Both the position numbers and the translations under genes were made by a program. DNA of 64,000 nt from an uncultured Hormoscilla sp. (lineage in GTDB: Bacteria > Cyanobacteriota > Cyanobacteriia > Cyanobacteriales > Desertifilaceae). Below the pieces are notes generated by a model. That model was not told the origin of the DNA. It made no database searches and saw only the letters and a program-made list of their open reading frames with translations. Positions within the stretch are counted from its first letter, which is position 1. Each line of letters begins with the position of its first letter. Where the stretch lies: positions 1,824,001 through 1,888,000 of the forward strand of contig OZ001293.3 of assembly GCA_963921275.4 (NCBI GenBank). Direction: 5' to 3'. Shown here piece by piece: positions 38,090 through 50,486 of this stretch.

Positions 38090-41000
38090 TTAGATGACTG
38101 CTGATGACTGTCGGGGAAAGGGATCGAACCCGCGCAGGAATACTTCGATCGCACCACCAGTAGTACGGGTAGCAAAATCTCCTATTAGCGCCCCGTCCGC
38201 CGTCAGGTTATCACCTGTCAACCCGAACAAATAACGCCGGATCGTCCGAGCATCGTTTGGTTCTATAATCTGATTGCCATCGGCATCCAGCATGCTATTC
38301 CCTAATATCAGATTCTGAATGTTCGTGGCTCGATCGAGGAATGCTTCGATCGCCTGAGCACTGCTGCGTATGGCATTGTCCCCCACGAACTCCCCATTAC
38401 CAGTCAGATCTGCACCTGTCAATCCTTGCACGTAATTTAAGATCAGCTGCCCGTCCGTTCTCGCTCTCGTTGTCCCATCCAGGTCTACATCCAGAGTAAT
38501 CTCTGTAGGAGGTGGCGGTTCTCCTTGGTCGTTGTCAGTTATATTGACTTCCAGACTGTTGGTCCCGGCCTCCCCATCAATAAAGAAAACATCCGTGCCG
38601 TCGTACAAAGGATCCTCGCTATTAGCAATATGCGCAATTGTGTCCGTATGGGGGCCTTCTCCAACGCTGTCATCTACCGCCGCCACTATCACCGCTTGCG
38701 GTACTGAGAAGTTTGCTGGCGTGAAAGTCAGCTCCGATGGCGAGTTTACTGTTTGGTTTCCCGATACGATCGAGATTGTCACCTCAGAAGTTGGCGGCCC
38801 TGCCAGGGCCACTTCGTAACGATCGCCCCTTGCCCCCTCTGTCACATCTATACTTTCATCTCCCGTACTAATCAGCACCCCATCTTCATTAGCGATCGCC
38901 TGAGCCGTAATCTGATCTACGCTAATCTCGTTGTAAGCCGAGTCTACGCTCACCACATCAAAACTAATCGTGCTGATGCGGGTCTGAAGAGGACCGCTCG
39001 TTTACTGCGGTCACTGTAATCTCTTGCGGTTCATTGAAATCATTCGGAGTGAAAGTTACCGTCGCTGGGTCTACTGTCGTGTTCTCGTCCGTGTCGATCG
39101 TCACCTCCACAGGACCGTCCGGCTGGCTAGTTAGCACTAAGGAGAAGGTATCTGTAGCACCGTTTTCTACTACTGTCAGATCCTCCTGCGATCGAATCAC
39201 CTGGACCCTCGCCACATCGTTATCCGTGACCTCTACTATAATCGGGTCTATGGGAAAGCCGTCGTAATTTTCATCCTCTGCACTGGTTGCCGTCAGAGTC
39301 AGGGTGCTTTGGTGCGTGCCTTCCCGTTCCTCGTCATCGACTGCCGCCACTGTCACCGTTTGTGGTGTCGTTCCATTTTCTGGGGTAAAAACTAGACTCG
39401 TGGGGGCTACATTCGTCTCCTCATCTGATGCGATCGCTATTGTCACTGGCACAGATGGGAGAGTTCTCAAGGCCACTTCAAAACTATCCGTGGCACCACC
39501 TTCTGCTACTTCCAGGGTTTCTGCCGTTTCCATGATATCGATGCCGGCGTCATCATCTGCGATCTGGGCTATCACATCGGCGATCGCAATATTGTTGTAA
39601 CTGGGGTCTGCACTTACCGCTGTGTGAATTATCCGCGAATCATGAAGGCCTTCCACCTCTCCATCATTTGTCGCTGCTACCGTCACGAACCGGGGAATAT
39701 TCCAGTTGCCGCGAGTGAATGTCACCCGACTTCTATTCGTTAGAGATTGGAAGTCTGGGGCGATCGCCACCGTCACCGTCCCTTCCGGTTGAGTATTCAG
39801 GACGATGCTATAGCGGTCTACTCGACCCCCTTCCGCGAGTTCCAGTCCGCTTTCGTCTTCAATAATTGACACACCCTCAAAGGCTATCTTGCTCGCGAAG
39901 CCGTCTACGCTGGTTTCACCCGAAATGCCTATTGGGTCCGTTGCCTGCAAAGCTCCTGTTGTAGTAGTGAAGTTGGTTGAAGCCGTTTGCCCGGTAATGA
40001 ATGCTGCTCCCCTCCTGTCCAGATCTATAGCGAAGCCTGCGTCATTGCCATCGCCCCCCAAGTAGGAAGAATATAGCGCCTCCGTCCCTGATGGGTTCAG
40101 CTTCGTAACGAAAACATCACTCAATCCGCCGCCAAATTCCGACTGTGTTGCGTTTTCCGTGATTGGGAAGGGGGAGTCCGAGTCTTCTTGAGAAGATGTC
40201 GTCCCCACCACATAGGCCGATCCTGTGCTATCCACAGCGATGCCTGTAGCAGGCCGAGGCAAGGCAAAGTTTATCCCTTCATTGCCACTGCCTCCAATAA
40301 ATGTCGAGTAACCCAGGCGAGTTCCCCCGCCTTGGCTTTCCGGCCTCTCCACTATTTTGCTCACGAAAGCATCGAATTCACCGCCTTGGTATTCTTCCTG
40401 AAAAGCTCCCGGGGTTGTGGGGAAGTCTGTTGACTGGGTAATACCCGTGATGTATGGGTTTTCATCCCTGTCCAGGGCTATCCCGCCTGCGACCTCCTCC
40501 AGACTACCCCCCACATAGGTGAAGTATTCCTCTTCAGCGTCTTCATTCACTTTGGCCACGAACACATCGCTGCCATTGCCAAAGATCTGGGACTGCGCAG
40601 CCCCTGGAGTGGCCAAACCCCTTGACTCTGTCGTACCCGTGACGTATGCCACCCCATCGTCGGTCACTGCTACCCCTGTAGCTTCATCAAAGCCCGAACC
40701 ACCTATATAGGCAAAGTATTCCTGATTAGTGCCATCTGGATTTATCTTGGTGATGAATGCGTCCGTTCCCCCTGCTGGTCCAGTATCTTCTCCTGCCAAC
40801 CCCGTGGAATTTGTGCTACCCACAATGTAGGCATTTTCCGAAGGATCCACCGCGATCGCCAGACCTCTGTCACGACCCGTGCCACCTATGTAGGACGAGT
40901 AATCTAGACCTCCACCAGTGGGGTTTAACCTGAATACAAAAGCATCTTGGAGCCCCCTCCGAAACTATCTTGGAAATTGTTTATTTGAGCTAAATTTGTT

Positions 41001-42178
41001 GACAGTGATTCTCCCGTGACGTATACAGCTCCATTCAAATCCACTGCAATGCCATTTGCTCTTTCGAGATTCGGTCCATCCTGAATTACCGACCCTCCTT
41101 GAAACTGTTCGCCCGAGCCTATATAGGTCGAGTATACTTGCCCTGTTCCCTCCCTGTTTAGTTTCGTGACAAATATCTTTTCTGTGAAATTGACTTGTTC
41201 TGAGTCTTCAAATGTCAGTACCGTTCCCGGGAATAAATTTGACAGCGTTTCACCCGCGATGTATGCTGAGCCAGCTATGTCTACCGCGATCGCCAAACTT
41301 GCGTCATCTGCGCCGCTTTCCAGTTCTAATGGACTTGCTGGTACTGTTTCCCCAGTAGTTTCGTCAGTCTCTGTCGCCACCTCTAGAGTTCCGCCCAGGT
41401 AGGTCGAGTATTCCAACACTGGGTCAATCACCAGAGTATAGTTCGGATCGTAAGCTTCCACATCGAAGCCCACTTGCTTATTGCCCAGCAGCTCGTAGGA
41501 GCCCTTTACCTCCACATCTCCGGCGTCGTACTTGCCATCGCTGTTACGATCCTCGAAGATAAATGGCGCTGTTTCCGTTACTTTCCCCCAGCCGGACTTC
41601 TCTAATATCAGATTTCCCTCCTCGTCGATGCTGAGCCGATCGACACCGCTGTATTGGATCTCGATCTCCGAATAGTCTGCTCCCGGTGCTACATGAAATT
41701 CCTTTGTCAGCTTCCCTTCGTTTCCTGCTGCATCTGCCTCCCCCTTGAATATCTGCGTAATTCCTTTGTATACATTCTCATAGGCGATCTTGCCAAAGGT
41801 CTCCACATCTGTTATCGTCACCGTTTGGCTGGGGTTGTTCGGATCTGGGACGTTGATGAAGTTTGCTACCCCCTCTAGTCGATCCCATCCCGCGATGGTG
41901 GGGTTTGTTACGGCTCCCACTAGGCTGCTTTCCACCGTCCAGATTCTGGCTTCTGGTAGTCCGTCACCGTCCCAGTCTTTTTCTATAGCCGTATTGAGCT
42001 GAACCTTATCTGGAGCAAAGCTGAAGTTATAATCTTGGCCCTTCACCTCGAAGGCCCACTCATCAGACATCTGTCCCGCATTGGGAATAAATGCCAACTC
42101 CATCAGGTTTCTCCCATCTGGGTTGGTTACCTGTCCATTTTCTGCTGCTGCTACGTTTACTGTTCCCATCTTCCTCAC
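38090..42178 (-). pseudogene. Second SBBP beta-propeller / Ig-like repeat surface protein, split into three ORFs
   Basis: Same architecture as the downstream paralog; frameshifts near 40950 and 39000; C-terminal LDVDLDG / LDADGN dockerin-like repeats. Confidence 0.82.
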
Positions 42179-42307
42179 CCTTTAGCAATCAATTACCTGC
42201 GATGAAGCCATCTTTTGATGCCGTCGGAGTGTCGCGCTACTCGCACTACTCCTCGCGCGCGCATCGATGTGTCCCTTGACTCGCATTTATAAAATAGTAT
42301 CTCATGC

Positions 42308-42365
42308 CAGTATCACTTGACATAAATGATAATCTACTATATCGCGCTATGTCAAGTGATACTGA
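42308..42365. promoter_or_regulatory. 17-bp perfect inverted repeat upstream of the SBBP gene pair
   Basis: CAGTATCACTTGACATA ... TATGTCAAGTGATACTG, with an extra TGTCAAGTGA half-site right after. Function is inferred only. Confidence 0.45.
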
Positions 42366-42860
42366 CGTGTCAAGTGACATCGCCCCCTAGTCGCACATGC
42401 ATAGGAGACACCGCTGAGTCAATACTTGCTTGCTCTCCAACGGGAGGTCAAGATTTAAAGCATACCACAGTTACTGCTTTGGGAGCCCCCTCGCCATGAC
42501 ACCAATAGCAACATTTAAGCGCAAGTCGTTCGCGCAGCCGTATCCCTTGCGGGAGCGCAGCCGTTCCCTTTCCAAGTATAGCTGCGCTCTTATTCTCGGT
42601 TTTTAGCTTCTGCTCTAGGATAAGACAGTTATGCCATTGGAGCCAAATTGGCTATTGAGCAGCGCCAAAACCCGATTCAACGCGAGTTCTTCCCACCGTT
42701 CCGGAAAAATCAGAAAGCGCTCATTCACATCTAATTGAGAAAATCGATAGTGATTATCAACTATAATTGCTTATTAAGAAAATATGTCAGCTCACCGAAT
42801 GCTAGAAACCAATGCTGGCAAGGCTATCAGACTTTTTGGCTTGTAGAACTTACGCGAGCC

Positions 42861-43081
42861 AGTATCGGCAATACCGGGCCCATAATAAAAAATACATGGT
42901 CGAAAATTGGCAATACATGGTCGAGTATCGGCAATACATGGTCGAGTATCGGCAATACATGGTCGAGTATCGGCAATACATGGTCGAGTATCGGCAATAT
43001 ACATGGTCGAGTATCGGCAATATACATGGTCGAGGATTGGCAATACATGGTCGAGTATCGGCAATACATGGTCGAGTATCG
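42861..43081 (+). repeat. 21-nt tandem array (GTATCGGCAATACATGGTCGA), nine CATGGTCGA cores
   Basis: Read directly; two units are 23 nt because of a 2-nt insertion; no unique spacers. Confidence 0.95.
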
Positions 43082-43388
43082 ACGTTTCCTGGCCAGGTTG
43101 TAGTCAAAACCCGTTGGGAAATAAAAGGTCTGCGGTCAAGATATAGTGATTTGACTACGGCCCCGTGTCCCTCCCTTTTGTGCGAATACGATATCTCCTG
43201 GATAATGGGATTACGATGTTTTTCGGGTAGTGCGACAGCGATCTTTTTTTCTGCCGCCGCTTTCGGAGATAGTTGGCTCCCCCCAGCAGCACTAGCCCCG
43301 GAATAGGGAAAAATTCCCAAAGTACACTCGCACCACTGTTGCTATACTCCCAACGGTCAGAAACTGCGTTTTTTGGAACAGTACAGAA

Positions 43389-43580
43389 TGTCCGGAGCGA
43401 GGGGGGGGAATAATTGAGAGGTCTTTGTGTAGTAGGAGTAAGTCCCCCCCGGAACGCGCAGCGGCCCGACGCCGGAGGGCTAGCAATCTCGGTGGTGCTG
43501 TGGGCAGGGAGATTGCTTCGGGGGGGAGCCAGTGATTTCTCCTACTGCTTCGGTAAGGGATCCCCCCCTCGCTCCGGACA
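43389..43580. repeat. RPE-like long palindromic element
   Basis: TGTCCGGAGCGAGGGGGG ... GCAATCTC..GAGATTGC ... CCCCCCTCGCTCCGGACA; relatives at 62348-62511 and ~42430-42503. Confidence 0.75.
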
Positions 43581-43789
43581 CCAAATTCCCACTCATGCGC
43601 AAGTTGATCCCTTTCGGAGTATAGCACTTTCGCCAAAGGCAACTTCGTGAGCGCCGACAAGACGCTTATTTCCGTAAAGGAGTTCCAAAAAATAAATTCC
43701 CCAATTTTTCTCCCTGTACCAACTGATGCATCTAGACTACCGGATAATTCTGGAGGATTATTTATTTGGAGTTCCGTAAAGTTGAATAT

Positions 43790-45454
43790 TCAAATTGCAG
43801 CATTAGTTAGATGCTTCTGTAATGTTGCTAGGGGTAGGGGTCCTTGCAGGTGATGCCAGGGTAAGATTTGTGCTAAATCCCAATTATCATGGACGTAGTA
43901 TTCTAAATCTGGCAGTTGGCCTCGCAATTCCTTGAAGGCCCGGCGGTAAGCACCCAGGGAATCTCCATATTCTCTGGTTAATTCTAGCAGATGGGATAGA
44001 CGCCGATCGCCCTTGGCCATGAGTCCCTGGATGACAGACCAATTATAACTCTCGGGACGGAACTCAATGGACAGACGTCCCAATTCTTTCTGCAATAATT
44101 GCAGTCGTTTTTTGGCTTCCATATTGACTCCCAACCACTGAAAGGGCGTATGGGCCTTGGGGACAAAGGTACTGCATCCTAAGGTTAAGCGCAACCTGGG
44201 TACTGCTTTTTTAATCTCCGACATCATCTGGATGGTTGCTTCGACATCGGCGGGTTCCTCCCCCGGGATCCCCACCATGCCATAAACCTTCATCCCTTTT
44301 AATCCCCCCGCTTTGGCATTTGATGCCGCTTGGAAGATCTCTGCTTGCTCTAGCTTTTTGTTGATGATTTCCCGCAGTCTTGCCGAACCCGTTTCTACGG
44401 CAATAGTTATGGAACCTGTATGCCGTTTCCCTAGGGTTTGGGCTAACTTCTCGGTTACGGTATTGGCCCGCACTGAGGCGACAGACAGTCTCAGGTTGTC
44501 ATATGCGGGCTGAGTTAAATAATCTAGTAATTCCTCAAATTCGGGATGCTGAGTAACAGATGGTCCGAGTAACCCCAGTCGGTTCGTTACTGCTAATCCT
44601 TTCGCGATCGCGGGCAGCAAGGAACCAGCGATACTTGCGGTCCGGAAGGGCAGGGTGAGATAACTCGCTAGGCAAAAACGGCACATTTCCGGACAGCTGC
44701 GCGCGACTTCTACCATATAGATGTTTTCCCAGACTGCTTTGCTTGTTACTACTGTTGAGGCCGAGAGGGTATTGCCTCGGTAGGTCTGCTTTTCCACCTG
44801 AGCCGGAACTTCTTTGCTGACCGGACTGATAGAGGCGATCGGGCCTTTAACATGGGTGTAAACTACCTGATAGAGACTGGGAACGTAGACTCCTGGGACC
44901 CGTGCTAGCTGGTGCAGCTGTGAGAGTCTGTCACAATAGCGGACTTGCTTGTAAGCATTGATGAAATTGGGCAGCAGGTTTTCCCCATCACCCAGCAATA
45001 TGGCATCAAAGAAATCTGCAAAGGGTTCGGGATTGGCGGTTAATACCGGTCCGCCACCGAAGATCGGGGGATGGCGATCGTCCCGTCGGGCGGCACGTAA
45101 GGGGACTTGGAGAACTTCCAGCAAATGGAGGATATTAGCATAATCCAATTCCCAGGACAGGGAGAAGCCGACCAATTCCGGTGCTGAGGGCAATGGTTCG
45201 CGGACATCGGTGAATAGACGGGCCACTTGGACGTCGGGGCGCATTGCCAACATTGCCCAGATTACTTGATATCCCAGGCTAGTGATGCCGACGCTGTAGC
45301 AGTTGGGGAAAGCGTAGATGGTGGGTATGGCATCAGGGTCCGGGGTTACCGGGGTAAATATGAGACGTTCCTGGGCAAATACGGGCTTTTTCACTGTTAT
45401 TTTGCTGTCTGGGGGATGGTTTGGTGGTTGGCTGCCTATAGGCACTGTTTTCAA
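43790..45454 (-). CDS. B12-binding-domain radical SAM protein
   Basis: EVARSCPEMCRFC (CxxxCxxC), GGGPVLTANPEP and FVPKAHTPFQW motifs. Confidence 0.9.
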   Translation of the reverse strand: MKTVPIGSQPPNHPPDSKITVKKPVFAQERLIFTPVTPDPDAIPTIYAFPNCYSVGITSLGYQVIWAMLAMRPDVQVARLFTDVREPLPSAPELVGFSLSWELDYANILHLLEVLQVPLRAARRDDRHPPIFGGGPVLTANPEPFADFFDAILLGDGENLLPNFINAYKQVRYCDRLSQLHQLARVPGVYVPSLYQVVYTHVKGPIASISPVSKEVPAQVEKQTYRGNTLSASTVVTSKAVWENIYMVEVARSCPEMCRFCLASYLTLPFRTASIAGSLLPAIAKGLAVTNRLGLLGPSVTQHPEFEELLDYLTQPAYDNLRLSVASVRANTVTEKLAQTLGKRHTGSITIAVETGSARLREIINKKLEQAEIFQAASNAKAGGLKGMKVYGMVGIPGEEPADVEATIQMMSEIKKAVPRLRLTLGCSTFVPKAHTPFQWLGVNMEAKKRLQLLQKELGRLSIEFRPESYNWSVIQGLMAKGDRRLSHLLELTREYGDSLGAYRRAFKELRGQLPDLEYYVHDNWDLAQILPWHHLQGPLPLATLQKHLTNAAI

Positions 45455-45899
45455 CTCATACCTTCCATCCTAGTCTAAAAATGCAAATTTGTCAAATATG
45501 CTTTTTGGCGCTCTATCTTTGAACGGGAAACTGTTAGGAAACTGTTATCCCGCCTTCCGTGTCTCGTGGTCGCTCGATGTTCCTCGGGAACTCTTGCGAA
45601 GGCCGCGCTAGTCGCACTACCCAAGAGACTCGCACTACCCGGGGAACATCGTACTCGCACTACCCACGAGACACGGATGGTTCAAACCCCCTGCTAATAG
45701 CTAAAGGAAACTGTTATCCCGCAGGGGGTTCCAAACTCCCTGCTAATAGCTAAAGTCGGTTGAAAACCGACTAAAAACATTGTCTATTTGGTATTATACC
45801 CCACGCGATCGCGCCCCAAGCAAGAAACCGGGTAATGCCGACAATTTTGGCATCTTGACCGAGATTTTACTCTTGAACTCGGTTTCTGAACCGGAATGC

Positions 45900-46446
45900 G
45901 CTCGCTCCTACACCGCTTCTCCATCATCATCAGGATCTGCTTTTGCAGGATACCCCGCTGCAAAAACATAATCTTCTTCCGCCGCTACTTCATTTAAATC
46001 ACCAAATTTTACTGGTTCATATCTTTATCTTTGTCTGGCAAATTCCAAAATAGCTAAATCATTTCGCCCAAATCTATTATCATTCCTGTGTAGCTCGATA
46101 TTCGTTGCCAGTGTATGTCCTGATCTTATACGAGTCTGATTTTTTCGCAACATGTTCATTCGTTAATACCGTATGATTTTGTTGCAAACAGATAATAATT
46201 CCCGAACATAACTGTTCCCTTCTGTCTCCGCTTCTAACTTGAAATGTTATTTTACGGGCTCTTTTATAGAGTTTCTCATAGCTTGAGTCTCCTTGAGCAA
46301 TAGGTCTCACTAATTTTTGAAGAATAAGTATCTAATTCGGGAGCTGCCGGATGTTTTTGCCATGACAAAACCCCTTGTTTAGTTACAACAGCTAATGGCA
46401 GTCATACTGCCCCAATCAGTATTGAGAATAGCGAATTTTTATTCAT
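45900..46446 (-). pseudogene. Trypsin-like serine protease relic
   Basis: SGIII..VLTNEHV, NDLAILEF and YVFAAGYP; stops and truncation. Confidence 0.7.
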
Positions 46447-46546
46447 TTTAGCTCCCCTTTTCTTATTCAATCCCAGTATAGTATGAGGTGTCTACTTATT
46501 ACCCTCTAATTGATTAACCGTTCTGGCAAGGAATGGGAAGAATTAT

Positions 46547-47905
46547 GGCTCTTCGGTACCTAGTTTGCTAAACTATCAAATAAATCCTCGTAAAATTCAA
46601 CCACAATTGTTATCCTTGAAGAGTAAACATATTGCTGTACTTGACTTGTAGCGGTTTTTATCCTTTACTGAACTTGAGGAAAAATTGAAAATTGAGTGAA
46701 ATCATCATGGCAGGACAACTCAAACTACTAACCGATTTTCTTAACATCCCAGATGTTAAAGTTATTCATTTCATACAGGATCCATCTCTAGGAATAATCC
46801 TCTCCGTAGCTAGTTTAAATTCTGAAGTAGCTTGTCCTCACTGCGCTCAAATGAGTCATAAACTTCACCAAAATCATTCAGATCTCATTAAAGACTTACC
46901 TATGAATGATCAAAATGTTTATTTACAGGTAAATAAACGACAAATGTGAAAATTGTTTAAAAACTTTTAGTGAGCCTTTGGGTTTTTGCGAATCAAAACG
47001 CAACTATACTAAAAGACTTGCCTCAGATATATTGAGTCAGGTAAAACATAGTAATATTAAAAGTGTTGCCGAAAGGACAGGGGTAAGTGAGTCAGAAATT
47101 GAAACTATTTTAAAGGATTTAAAAAACATTTGGTAGGTCAAAAACCTCAAGAGTTAAAAAGATATTGATGAAATTAGTTTAATAAAAAGACAAGGTAATT
47201 ATTGTGCGGTATTAGTAGATTTGGACAATAGTCAACTTCTAGCTTTAGTTTCTGATAGAAATCAAGAAGCTATTGAGAAAGTGCTGATGGATATAGAGGT
47301 TTTGGAAGGTATAGAAGAAGTTAGCATTGATTTGTCCTTATAAAAGTCTGGTAGAAAAATTAATGCCCAATGCTGATGTGGTAGCTGATAGATTTCATGT
47401 AATGAACCAGGTTCAAAAAGAATTAGACAATAGTCGTAAACAAGCAAAAAACGAGGTAAAAAAATGGATGAATCCGATAACTGCCAAACTAAATGCAATT
47501 AATCACAGTAAATATGTGCTACTTGCTAACTCAGTTAAACGAAGTTAAAAAAAGTAAATTATAAGAAATCAATAAATAATTTACAAAACCTCAAAAGATG
47601 CATGAATTAAAAGAGAAATTTAGAAATATTTTTGATGAAAATATTAATTGGTTAGATGCTTTATTAAATTTAGCGGTTGAAAAAATCAGCAGAACTTTTT
47701 CCATCAAGGTACAATTCGTCGCTGGTTAGTAGAGATAACAGCATATGCGGAGAAAAACTAATGGTATAGTAGAGGGAATCAACCAAAAAATTAAGTTAGT
47801 CAAACGGAGCGGATTTGGTTTTCGTAACCTAGACAATTTTGAGCTAAGATGTTTGTTATCTTTTCAAGATTAGCAATAGTTTAGCAAACCAAGTACCGAA
47901 GAGCC
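46547..47905 (+). mobile_element. ISL3-family element with degraded transposase
   Basis: TIRs GGCTCTTCGGTAC..GTTTGCTAAACTAT; 8-bp TSD AGAATTAT; CPHC, KDLP and VVADRFHV motifs. Confidence 0.93.
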
Positions 47906-48104
47906 AGAATTATTTGTCTTACATTCCCTATAACCGGCTACCAACGTAAAGCGGGACAAATTTGCGGTTGTGCGATCGGGCCAAATGCCTGTGGGCTGGA
48001 AGCCTTGCATCATGGGCTGTCCCGGCTTAAGTTGGTAGCCTCCCGCAGCATCCAGGATCGGAACTAAAGCAACTATCCAGAAAATGCGAGCATCTTTTAA
48101 GCCT

Positions 48105-48495
48105 CTGCATCGCACGGGATCCATCTCTAACAGAAGAGCAGCAGGAGAACCTGAAAATGATTACGATTCTGTGGCGAGCATTTACTAGAGTTGATTGAAA
48201 AGATTTTGTCAATGTCTAAAATAGATGCAGCCAGGATTGATCTGAACCTGAATAGCTTAGACCTGTATTATCCGATCGACTCTCTGGAAGAAATGTTTCA
48301 AAGGGACCATGGCTGTTGAGTGGGTAGAACAGCTAGAGCAAGCAGCGCTAGAATTGGATGAGGACGTCTTGACAAGCTGATGGAGCTTCTGGCGCAGGAA
48401 TTTGCCTCTCTGGTAAATTGCTTGTCGGATTTGGTGCAAACATTTAGGTTTGACCTCATGGATTTAGCTGAACAAGCTATTGCCAGTTATCAGTG
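48105..48495 (+). pseudogene. Hybrid histidine kinase relic
   Basis: RDPSLTEEQQENL...EHLLELIEKILSMSKI (HisKA-like) followed by EWVEQLEQAALELD; heavily deleted. Confidence 0.55.
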
Positions 48496-48758
48496 AACGG
48501 GCTGTGTCCCCCGGGTAATGCGATTAGCGCGCTGCGTCTCCTCTTTTGTGTGAATATGATGTCCCCCTCGCCGTGCGTCCGGGGGACATCAAGCTCCCAG
48601 GAGACGCAGCACCGAGGGACACAGGAAGTGTAGGGGGCCGAGCTCGTCCAGAGGGGGTTGGCAACGGTCCTATACAGTTGAGAGGAAATAATGAAATAGG
48701 CTTGACAAAGAAAAAATTGTAATATAGTAATAGTTAAGGGTTCAGGAGAGTAACTATT

Positions 48759-49100
48759 ATGGCAATGGATGTCCAGAGTGTAAAATATGGGATAGTCATG
48801 GTAACAGCGGGTTCCCGTTCGGAGGCAGAGGCGATCGCCTCCAGTTTAGTTGAAGCAAAACTAGCCGCATGTGTGAGCATAACCCCCATAAAGTCCATCT
48901 ACAGCTGGGAAGGAAAAATAGAATCTCAAGAGGAATGGCAACTGACGATCAAAACAGACTTAGGTCAATTTGCGGCCCTAGAAGCCCAAGTACTCCAATT
49001 GCACTCCTACGAAGTGCCCGAAATCATCGCCCTGCCGCTGGTAACCGGTTCTCAACCATACCTGGAATGGATATCTGCAAATGTGGTCGATGGCAAATAG
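48759..49100 (+). CDS. cutA: Divalent-cation tolerance protein CutA
   Basis: LVEAKLAACV, SIYSWEG and HSYEVPEII motifs; AGGAG RBS. Confidence 0.95.
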   Translation: MAMDVQSVKYGIVMVTAGSRSEAEAIASSLVEAKLAACVSITPIKSIYSWEGKIESQEEWQLTIKTDLGQFAALEAQVLQLHSYEVPEIIALPLVTGSQPYLEWISANVVDGK

Positions 49101-49160
49101 CAAGAAAAAATAGCGGCGTTGCACAATCACGGGATGATGAGCATAGTTGCAGAAGTTTTG

Positions 49161-50480
49161 GCTCTTCGGTACTTGGTTTGCTAAACTATTGCTAATCTTG
49201 AAAAGCTAACAAACATCTTAGCTCAAAGTTTTCTATGTTACGAAAACCAAATCCACACCGTTTTATCAATTTTAGTTTTTGGTTAATTCCTTCCACGATT
49301 AGTTGTTTTTTTCTCAAAATATGCTGTTATCTAAACTAACTAACGACGGATTGTCCCTTGAATTTTTGGAAATAAATCTGCTAATTTTTTTAACCATTCC
49401 GCTAAATTTAACAAGCCATCTAACCAATTTATATTTGACTCAAATATTTTCCTAAACTCTTCTTTAAGTTCGTGCATTTTTTGAATCTTAGGAAATTCTT
49501 TCTTGACTTCTTCTAATTTACTTTTTTGAACGTCAGTTATTTGAGTTGGCAAGTATTACAAATTTGCTGTGATTAATTGCATTTCGCTGTTTTTTTCTCA
49601 GATTCAGCCATCTTATTGACCTCTTTTTTAGCTTGCTTACGACTGTTGTCTAATTCTTTTTGAACCTGGTTCATCACATGAAATCTATCAGCTACCACCT
49701 CGACATTAGGGATTAATTTTTCTACTAAGCTTTTATAAGGACAAATCAATACTAACCTCTTCTATGCCTGAGAACACGTCTATTCCCCAATCCATCAACA
49801 CTTTTTCAATGGCTTCTTGGGTTCTGTCAGGGACTAAAGCTAAAAGTTGACTGGTGTCCAAATCTACTAACACTGCACAGTAATTACCTTGTCCTTTTCT
49901 CATTCCTTATTCATCAATCCCCAATCTTTTTAACTCTTGAGGTTTTTGACCCACTAATTCTTTTTTTAAATCCTTTAACATAGTTTCAATTTCTGACTCA
50001 CCGGTTTTTTCTGCAACACTTTTAATATTACTATCTTTTACCTGACTCAATATATACTCAGCCAGTCTTTTAGTATAGTTGCGCAAAAATCTAATTGCTC
50101 GCTAAAAGTTATTAAACATTTTTGGCATTTAAATTGTCGCAGATTTATTTGTAAATAAACATCTTGACCACTCATAGGTAAATCTTCGATTAAATACGAA
50201 TGATTTTGATGCAGATGATGACTCATTTGACCGCAGTGAAGGCAAGCCGCCTCCGAACTCAAACTGGCTACGGTGAGGACTATTCCCAGGGATGGTTCCT
50301 GTATGAAATGAGCAACTTTAATATCCCTGATATTGAGAATATCTGTTAGTAGTTTTAGTTGTGCATTGGAAGCCATGATAACTTTACCCCTTAATTTTCA
50401 ATTAACCCTAAATATTATTGAAGCATAAAAATGGCTACAAGTCAAGCTATTCAATAGTTTTCTGGTTATAAAATACACCG
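49161..50480 (-). mobile_element. Second ISL3 copy, inverted, with its left end missing
   Basis: Right TIR at 49161 matches 47905; N-terminus MASNAQLKLLTDILNI parallels 46692. Confidence 0.9.
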
Positions 50481-50486
50481 GGTCAA

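Noticed and set aside
42861..43081. CRISPR array
   Set aside because: The units are contiguous with no unique spacers, and there are no cas genes in the window.
42735..43320. Six overlapping repeat-peptide ORFs as real genes
   Set aside because: They are open only because the 21-mer lacks stops; no RBS or recognisable domain supports them.
46547..50480. Composite transposon carrying cutA
   Set aside because: The first ISL3 has its own TSD and the copies are diverged, so they are independent insertions.
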